From contig JBJKYD010000013.1 of the NCBI GenBank assembly GCA_045561295.1, forward strand, positions 1 through 63,617: a DNA stretch of 63,617 nt, given 5' to 3'. The position numbers were made by a program, and so were the translations under genes. Of the stretch, positions 56,916 through 63,617 are shown one piece after another. The number at the start of each line of letters is the position of its first letter. The first letter of the stretch is position 1. The notes under the pieces were generated by a model that was given only the letters and a program-made list of their open reading frames with translations, made no database searches and was not told the DNA's origin. Origin of the DNA: Gammaproteobacteria bacterium (lineage in GTDB: Bacteria > Pseudomonadota > Gammaproteobacteria > GCA-002705445 > GCA-002716945).

Positions 56916-57584
56916 TCATAACCAACGTCTTGTACTATTTAGATATGTGGTGTATGAACTTCCAAATCTATCTATAAGGTACTTCTCCTCTTTCTTAACT
57001 ATAAAATAATGGAGTAAAACTATTGTTACAAATGACATTAAACATATATGAATAAAACTTAGGGATGCACCTATGCCAAATTGAAATAGCGTCAGAGCCA
57101 AATACATAGGGTTACGTATATATTTAAATATTCCAGATGTTATCAATATATTTGATTTGGTTGTAGGATTTGGATCCTCTCGATGATTTTTAAATGATTG
57201 CATAGAAAAATAAATTAATATAAATGACGATAAAATAAAAATTGAACCAATTTCTATTGATCTTAAATAATTTAGAAATTCTGGAAGTTTGTATAATTGT
57301 ATAATATACAAATTATGTATTCCTAAAAATAACCCAAAATTTAGAGAGAAAAGCATGATTAAAGGTGGGAAAGAAGGAATTCTTGGAGTATCCAATTTAT
57401 TTTTTGGGAAAAACAATATATGTATATAGATTATAAATATCAATGCAGAGGTAAATGCATACATACCTTTATAGTAAGCATACTCAATTTGAATTGGTTG
57501 ATCTCCTAAATACCAAAGAAAAAAATCATAGTAATGATATATAAAATTAAATAATAATACGTATGAGCTATATCTGAAAAACAT
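56916..57584 (-). CDS. Isoprenylcysteine carboxylmethyltransferase-family membrane protein
   Basis: L.TSG.FKY.RNPMYL, EEKYL...FG..Y..Y....RRWL. Confidence 0.8.
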   Translation of the reverse strand: MFFRYSSYVLLFNFIYHYYDFFLWYLGDQPIQIEYAYYKGMYAFTSALIFIIYIHILFFPKNKLDTPRIPSFPPLIMLFSLNFGLFLGIHNLYIIQLYKLPEFLNYLRSIEIGSIFILSSFILIYFSMQSFKNHREDPNPTTKSNILITSGIFKYIRNPMYLALTLFQFGIGASLSFIHICLMSFVTIVLLHYFIVKKEEKYLIDRFGSSYTTYLNSTRRWL

Positions 57585-58332
57585 GCTTACTTATTAGAAG
57601 ATAATCATTAACCGTTAAATTATCAGCTCTTAATTTGGGATTGATATTAAAATTATTGTAGTCAGCATCACTTAAATATTTACTTAGTGATTGTCTAATC
57701 ATCTTTCTCCTTCCTTCGAACGAACTTTTAACTATATTATAAAATATTTCTTCATGTTTATTATTGATAAAAATAGTTTTTCTGGGGCGTAATCTTAAAA
57801 ATGAGGATTTTACTTTTGGTTTAGGTATAAATACATTCTCAGAAATATCAAATAGTTTTTTAGGATTAAAATATGCCTGTGCCATTACACTTAATCTTCC
57901 ATAAACTTTTGTATTAGGCTTAGATACTATCCTGTCTACCACTTCTTTTTGTAACATAAAATGTATATCAATTACATTATCAACTTTGCACATTTTAAAT
58001 ATTATTTCCGTTGATATATTGTATGGAAGATTTCCTATTACTCTAAATGGGCATTCAAATATATTGAAGTCAAATTCTAAAACATCTTGATTTATAACTT
58101 TACTACTCTTGTGGTTTTGTAAAATATAATCCAGATCGTTAATCAAGTCCTTATCTTTTTCTATAAGGCAAATATTTTTCACATGCGGGAGGATTGCTTT
58201 AGTCAAAGCACCGTCTCCAGGTCCGATTTCGATTATTAAATCTTCTTTATTAGGAGAGATATTTTTAATCAACTTATTGATAATATTTTGATCGATTAAA
58301 AAATGCTGCCCAAGTTTTTTTTTAAGACGCAC
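57568..58332 (-). CDS. rsmA: 16S rRNA dimethyltransferase
   Basis: KKLGQHFL, EIGPG.GALT, GNLPYNIS, MLQKEV, YGRLSV. Confidence 0.96.
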   Translation of the reverse strand: MRLKKKLGQHFLIDQNIINKLIKNISPNKEDLIIEIGPGDGALTKAILPHVKNICLIEKDKDLINDLDYILQNHKSSKVINQDVLEFDFNIFECPFRVIGNLPYNISTEIIFKMCKVDNVIDIHFMLQKEVVDRIVSKPNTKVYGRLSVMAQAYFNPKKLFDISENVFIPKPKVKSSFLRLRPRKTIFINNKHEEIFYNIVKSSFEGRRKMIRQSLSKYLSDADYNNFNINPKLRADNLTVNDYLLISKHVFQI

Positions 58333-59302
58333 TTTTAGTAATATCTCTTGCTACTTTTAGAGCTTGAATGAAACTTGATATATCAACATTCCCTGTTCCA
58401 ACAAGATCTGTTGCTGTTCCATGATCTACTGATACTCTAATTATTGGAAGACCTAAAGTAACATTTGTAGTCTTACTGAAATCATCATATTTGATAACAG
58501 GTAAACCTTGATCATGGTACATTGTATGAATGACGTCATATTCATTTATGTATTTAGAAATGAAAGCTGTGTCAGCTGGAACAGGCCCATCTATATTGAT
58601 CCCTAATTTCTTTAAAGATTGTATGGCAGGTTTTATAATTTTTATTTCTTCATTTCCTAAGATACCTTCTTCGCCGGCATGAGGATTAAGACCACAGACG
58701 AGTATTTTTGGTTTTACAAGTCCGAATTTATGAATCAAATCATGATTAATTATTTTAATTTTTTCTAGAATATTTTTTTTTGTGATTTGCTTAGATACTT
58801 TATTAAGAGGTGTATGAATAGTTTGAAGTGTTACTTTTAAATTATCATTCATAAGCATCATAATTGATTTTGATTTACATATTTTTGCAAGCAGTTCTGT
58901 ATGACCAGATATTTTAAATCCACCTCGATTAAGAATTGATTTAGATATGGGACCAGTCACCATTGAATGGAAATTATGTTCAAGGCATCCTTTTGCTGCT
59001 GTTTCTATAGCATTAATTACAAAAGATGCATTACTAGGATTCATATACCCTGGCTTATTCTTCTTGTTCAGTTTTATAGGAAGAACATTGATAAGATGTG
59101 CGCCACTTTTTAGAGTATCATCAATATTTTTTAGTATATTAATACATATTTTTCTATCCAACTTTTTAGAGCTATCTATTAGTAACTGAGGATCAGTTAT
59201 TACAACATGGTATTTTTTTATATACTTTTCAGCCATCAATACGCAAATGTCAGGACCAATTCCACCTGGGTCACCTACGGTGATTGCAATCTTGATGCTC
59301 AT
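58322..59302 (-). CDS. pdxA: 4-hydroxythreonine-4-phosphate dehydrogenase
   Basis: GDPGGIGPD, GHTE, GLNPHAGE.G, GP.PADT, MYHDQGL, R.SVDHGTA. Confidence 0.96.
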   Translation of the reverse strand: MSIKIAITVGDPGGIGPDICVLMAEKYIKKYHVVITDPQLLIDSSKKLDRKICINILKNIDDTLKSGAHLINVLPIKLNKKNKPGYMNPSNASFVINAIETAAKGCLEHNFHSMVTGPISKSILNRGGFKISGHTELLAKICKSKSIMMLMNDNLKVTLQTIHTPLNKVSKQITKKNILEKIKIINHDLIHKFGLVKPKILVCGLNPHAGEEGILGNEEIKIIKPAIQSLKKLGINIDGPVPADTAFISKYINEYDVIHTMYHDQGLPVIKYDDFSKTTNVTLGLPIIRVSVDHGTATDLVGTGNVDISSFIQALKVARDITKSAS

Positions 59303-60516
59303 TCAATTATTTCAATGTAAGCTTGATCTTTTAATTTGGCTAACCATTCTCTTTTTGCCACTTTAACTTTTCGTTCTTTCAAGACTGATATGACTTGATT
59401 CCTAGCCAGGTCTTTAGATATGTTTTTAATTCTCTTATCCTCTAGGTATAAGATATGCCAACCAAACTGAGTTTTAAATGGTTCACTTATATCTCCTACA
59501 TTTATATTAGTCATTACTCTCCCAAATTCTTGAACCACTGATTTTTTATTTATCCATCCAAGAGACCCTCCCTTAATAGCAGACGCTTTATCTAATGAAT
59601 GTTTTTGAGCATGATCAGAGAAGTTATTTTTTTCTGACGCTTCTCTCTTTATTCTATAAAAGGTTTCTTTCAGAGATTTAAGATTTTCCATAGGATTAGT
59701 TTTCAGCAGTATATGACTGACCTTGTATTCTTCAGAATACATGGTACTGCTCACCATCTTGAGAAAAACATACCCTTTCCCTGTTTTGAATAGATTGGTA
59801 TAACTGTCTTTATCTAATATATTTAAATTACTCTGATAGATGTCAGGTAGGCTTGTGAAAGGAGTTTCACTTAAATTAGTTATTTTTATCTTCATATTTG
59901 GGTATCTGTTTTTAGTATCTTCAAGTCCATTTGCTTTGATACCTTTGACCAAGATATTGACTTTCGAAAAATCAAGTTGATTAGGCTCATCTTCTATAAG
60001 GTACTCTCTAATATTCACAACATTAGCAATATTCTTGAATTTATTACTTTTTAAATAACTTTGTATTTCTTCTTCTGATATATATGCTCGACTAGTAAAT
60101 TGTATCCTGAAGAGTTCTTCAATTTTTATTCGCTTCCTAAGATTTTTGAGATATTTTAAATAATTAATATTTCTGGCTTCCACAGCATCTTTAAGTTGTA
60201 AGACTGTTAGATTTTGATTTTGAGCAATTAATTTAATTCTGTTTTGAAGATCTATGTCAGAAATATAAATACCAAGTCTATTTGCAGCTTGTTCTAATAA
60301 CGATTCTTCAATAATTTTATCCAGGGCATCTCTTTTTAGTTTTGCAGCTTCTAACCGACTCGCACCCTCTAAGTTGATTGTAGCTAATTTATTATTTAAC
60401 TCAGAATTTAAAACTACATTATCATTAACTATCGCAATGATTTTATCTTCTAAGGCGTATGTTATATTAAACAAAGCTAGGGTAGACAGTATTATTAAAA
60501 ACTTTATCTTATTCAT
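59299..60516 (-). CDS. surA: Periplasmic chaperone / PPIase SurA
   Basis: D.IIAIVND.VVL.SEL, SHILL, S.D..SA..GG.LGW, PF.TQFGWHI; start ATG 60516 gives a signal peptide. Confidence 0.9.
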   Translation of the reverse strand: MNKIKFLIILSTLALFNITYALEDKIIAIVNDNVVLNSELNNKLATINLEGASRLEAAKLKRDALDKIIEESLLEQAANRLGIYISDIDLQNRIKLIAQNQNLTVLQLKDAVEARNINYLKYLKNLRKRIKIEELFRIQFTSRAYISEEEIQSYLKSNKFKNIANVVNIREYLIEDEPNQLDFSKVNILVKGIKANGLEDTKNRYPNMKIKITNLSETPFTSLPDIYQSNLNILDKDSYTNLFKTGKGYVFLKMVSSTMYSEEYKVSHILLKTNPMENLKSLKETFYRIKREASEKNNFSDHAQKHSLDKASAIKGGSLGWINKKSVVQEFGRVMTNINVGDISEPFKTQFGWHILYLEDKRIKNISKDLARNQVISVLKERKVKVAKREWLAKLKDQAYIEIIE

Positions 60517-63196
60517 ATTTAACCTTATCTTGATAACCTGGTACACCTTCTCTGAGTAGGCTCGAGGTTGTATTATTAGAAGATGTAAGACCTTTTGGAA
60601 GGAATTCAAAAAATAAAGCATTATCTTTTCTAATACCAGTCCAATAGTTTCTGACAACAACTTTTAATGCATAGCAACAGCTATTATGTTCTATACCAAA
60701 CATAGTATCTATCAAGTCTTCAACATTGCTTCTACTATTAGAAAAAGAGTAATTATATTTTCCTACAAATGACAATTTTTTATTAAAAGAATAGACTCCG
60801 GACAAATCAATTTCTTCTTCATCACCTCTATTGAATCTATAATCGGCATTGAATAATTTATTCCTTGAATCAGTGCTTGCATCATAACGGTATCTCGCAG
60901 TATTTCTCATTCCATGACCAGCATGCGGATTAAAAACAGCTCCTATAGATAGGGAACTATAGTCACTTACTTTAGCATTTACTAATCCAATAATGTTCGA
61001 AGCATCGGAGTGAGATTTTTTATTGCTTACTAAATGTACATCTCGATCATCAAAGTAAATTATTTGACCAAGTGTACCGGTAAATAATTCTTCACCGGAA
61101 TCTTCATCTATGATTCTATGAGTTAAAGCTAAAGTCATTTGTTTTGCATCATTTAGTCTATCTTCTCCATAGAATCTATTTTCAGCAAATAGTGAGTATT
61201 TGAATGCTGAGATACCGCTATCAAAGATTGGATTTGCATCTTGGTTACCTACTGGTATATAAAGTAGATAAGCTTCTGGCTCAATTGTATATAATTTATT
61301 ACCAACATTTTTTTCTAAATATAATTTTCCTCGCAAGCTAGCTATTGGTGTGGTCTTAGATTTCGAGGAACTATTATTGTTAAGATTATAATCAATATAT
61401 CTAACGCCTAATTTAGGAACTAATTCCCACCCTTCAGTTCTTATGGGTATTTCGATACTTGGGTACGCTAAATATCTAGTGCCTTCTGTTTTTGAATTAT
61501 CCTTATGTGTAAATTCTTGGATACTTGTTTTTAAATTATATCTAACTGCTTCATTTTGACTAAAATTATTAATATTTAATTTTATTGAAGGGCTGGTTTT
61601 ATATTGAGATGAGACCCCTGGTTGTGATGGCTGATATGAAAGTGATGAAATTTCATAATCAATAATCCCACCTTTAAAATATTTCTCGCCATAGAGTCTG
61701 ATGTCCCTTTTAACACTGGACTGACTTGTTGTGCTTAATGAATCTCCAAAATCATCAAAATACTCTAAGTCAGATACTCTACTATATGAAATAGAACTAT
61801 ACATGGTTGTTCCCTGAGAAGCTGTTCTAGAGGATTGGACATTATTGAATAACTCACGCTCATCAGAAAATGAATATAAGTACCGATCCCCACCATGCTC
61901 ATCATCATTTTCTAAAAATGATAAGTTTAATAATGAAGAACTACCATTACCTAAATGTCTAAATTCATTATCAAGAAGAATACCTCTATCACTTATAGAA
62001 GTAATAACAGCGGTTGCATCATAATTTTCTGCTAAATTAAAGTAATATGGTAATGAAAAAGACGTTGATCCACTGTCTGTTGAAAATGATGGTGTCAAAA
62101 GCCCAGATTGTCTTTTATCAGATAAAGGAAAGCTCACAAAAGGCGAATAAAAAACGGGAACATTTTTATATTTAAGTATCATATTATACGCATGACCTCT
62201 ATCTATATCATTATAAAGCTCAGTTGTCGTAGACGTTAGTTCCCAATCAGGGTCGTTTAAGCTACAAGCCGTGTATGTACCATTTTTGAGAATTATATCT
62301 TTATTTTTTTTAATAAAAATTTCTTCAGCATTACCAGAAGCACTTTTATCTGATTTATAGTATTTTGCTTTTGAAAAATTAATTTCATTTAATTTATTTT
62401 TATATGTAGCATCATTAGAATAAATAGAAATATCTTGATTGAAGTATTTTACATTTCCTGAAGCTATTAGATTTTTTACATTTGTATTATAAGATATAGT
62501 ATCTGCTTTTAGGAAATCATTGACCCTTTCAGCTTCGGCATTGCCCTCTGCAATAAATTTATCTTCAGTTTGACTTTGATTATCTGCTCTTATTTCTAGC
62601 GTGGATTCATCTGCATCATTCAAGGTTTTAACATCAGCAAACGTCATGAAATCATTAACGTTACAAACTTCACTTACACTGCTTACTAGATTATTACTTG
62701 CAGTATTAACTATTATAGGCCCATAAGACAATTGCTCGGTCCGTTCTATTTTATTTATGGGAGCGTCCTCCAAAATACCTTGGTTATATTCCTCCAAGCC
62801 AAGTTTTTTATAAGATATATTATTGATAATTATTTCAAAAACTTTTTCGTTTTTAAAATGGATAGATAGTGTCTTTTGTTTTTTCACATCAGTATTATTG
62901 AAGTAGATGTAATTCCATTGATTTTCTAAAAATGGACTTTCTAAGGGTGGTTTTCCAATAAGATAAATTATTTGTTCTTTAGTTAAACCAACATCAATTT
63001 TTTCGAATCTTTCACTGTCTAATAAACGCCCCTGGTCTAGCGGTATGATGTAGGGCTTAATACCTTTTTCAGAGAGTTTTTCATCAACTGCTGAATAGAT
63101 TCCATCAAATAAACTTGTAATACCTGAGATGGCATCTTGTGATGCTAGTAACAAGATTATTAATATTATTTGATTGAAGTTGCGAAGCAGATTCAT
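60509..63196 (-). CDS. lptD: LPS-assembly protein LptD with an N-terminal BamE (SmpA/OmlA)-like domain
   Basis: YTAC...PDW, P.FY.P..SFP...R.SGLL.P, PYYFNLA.NYD, NRF.G.DR..DA, SCC; residues ~48-124 carry BamE motifs. Confidence 0.9.
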   Translation of the reverse strand: MNLLRNFNQIILIILLLASQDAISGITSLFDGIYSAVDEKLSEKGIKPYIIPLDQGRLLDSERFEKIDVGLTKEQIIYLIGKPPLESPFLENQWNYIYFNNTDVKKQKTLSIHFKNEKVFEIIINNISYKKLGLEEYNQGILEDAPINKIERTEQLSYGPIIVNTASNNLVSSVSEVCNVNDFMTFADVKTLNDADESTLEIRADNQSQTEDKFIAEGNAEAERVNDFLKADTISYNTNVKNLIASGNVKYFNQDISIYSNDATYKNKLNEINFSKAKYYKSDKSASGNAEEIFIKKNKDIILKNGTYTACSLNDPDWELTSTTTELYNDIDRGHAYNMILKYKNVPVFYSPFVSFPLSDKRQSGLLTPSFSTDSGSTSFSLPYYFNLAENYDATAVITSISDRGILLDNEFRHLGNGSSSLLNLSFLENDDEHGGDRYLYSFSDERELFNNVQSSRTASQGTTMYSSISYSRVSDLEYFDDFGDSLSTTSQSSVKRDIRLYGEKYFKGGIIDYEISSLSYQPSQPGVSSQYKTSPSIKLNINNFSQNEAVRYNLKTSIQEFTHKDNSKTEGTRYLAYPSIEIPIRTEGWELVPKLGVRYIDYNLNNNSSSKSKTTPIASLRGKLYLEKNVGNKLYTIEPEAYLLYIPVGNQDANPIFDSGISAFKYSLFAENRFYGEDRLNDAKQMTLALTHRIIDEDSGEELFTGTLGQIIYFDDRDVHLVSNKKSHSDASNIIGLVNAKVSDYSSLSIGAVFNPHAGHGMRNTARYRYDASTDSRNKLFNADYRFNRGDEEEIDLSGVYSFNKKLSFVGKYNYSFSNSRSNVEDLIDTMFGIEHNSCCYALKVVVRNYWTGIRKDNALFFEFLPKGLTSSNNTTSSLLREGVPGYQDKVKYE

Positions 63197-63238
63197 ATAG
63201 ATAAATTATAGCATTTTCTTATGACATCATTCATTTAA

Positions 63239-63616
63239 TCAGTTTTTTATAATTGTAACTATCTCTTCAGTTAGTCTCTCGGGCCCATCTTCCCCGCCAA
63301 CAATTCTATGCAATATCCCCTTTTTTTCATAAAATTCAATTATCGGTTCTGTTTGTTCTGAATAGACCTTTAAGCGATTAGTCACAGTCTCTTCATTATC
63401 ATCAGCTCTTTTTACATATATACCTTCACCACATGAATCGCCTTCTCTGAAGTCTGAGAAATATTCATTTTCTATTTTACCGCAAGTATCACACGTTATT
63501 CTTCCTACGCATCTTTTTATAATTAAATCTGTAGCCACATCAATCAAAAAAACATACTCGATTGCTACATTTAAGTCATTCAGTAATACGTCAAGACTAG
63601 AAGCTTGAGATAAATT
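63239..63616 (-). CDS. adk: Adenylate kinase (5'-truncated by window edge)
   Basis: Frame open to the edge (NLSQA...); R..GR, RADDNEETV.NRL.VY..QT.P.I.FY. Confidence 0.92.
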   Translation of the reverse strand, partial: NLSQASSLDVLLNDLNVAIEYVFLIDVATDLIIKRCVGRITCDTCGKIENEYFSDFREGDSCGEGIYVKRADDNEETVTNRLKVYSEQTEPIIEFYEKKGILHRIVGGEDGPERLTEEIVTIIKN

Positions 63617-63617
63617 T

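Noticed and set aside
63400-63510. Short Cys-containing LID region in adenylate kinase
   Set aside because: LID length and zinc-ligand variation are common among Adk proteins, and the gene is truncated by the window.

Overview
A visibly AT-rich, tightly packed chromosome segment from what looks like a streamlined marine gammaproteobacterial sulfur oxidiser (taxonomy inferred from gene content, not computed). Core content: a complete oxidative (reverse) dsr operon dsrABEFHCMKLJOPNR (24570-36771), cysG, ppc, a Fur-boxed TonB/iron plus copper uptake block, amtB with sigma54/NtrC sites, and conserved housekeeping runs (murJ-ribF-ileS-lspA-fkpB-ispH, rplU-rpmA-obgE-proB, lptD-surA-pdxA-rsmA, partial adk). 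I saw no rRNA, tRNA, CRISPR array, transposase or phage genes. Most notable: (1) an orphan Cas6 (Cmx6-like) gene, with no array or other cas genes in the window, inside a six-gene operon divergent from dsrA alongside a TauD-family dioxygenase, a Cys-less DsrC paralogue and an Alvin_2107-like protein; (2) a tandem SAM-II / terminator / SAM-V riboswitch leading an unrecognised 120-aa ORF; (3) a pyruvate-kinase barrel-only pseudoenzyme; (4) a BamE-LptD fusion; (5) an AlkB/XylM-type monooxygenase with a QxxHH box and helically phased GACAA motifs in its leader; (6) a candidate 3'-UTR sRNA behind the Fur-controlled receptor whose loop is complementary to the dsrA ribosome-binding site; (7) a CxxC/RAPP leader upstream of a copper receptor. 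All protein calls come from motif recognition by eye; no database searches were run.
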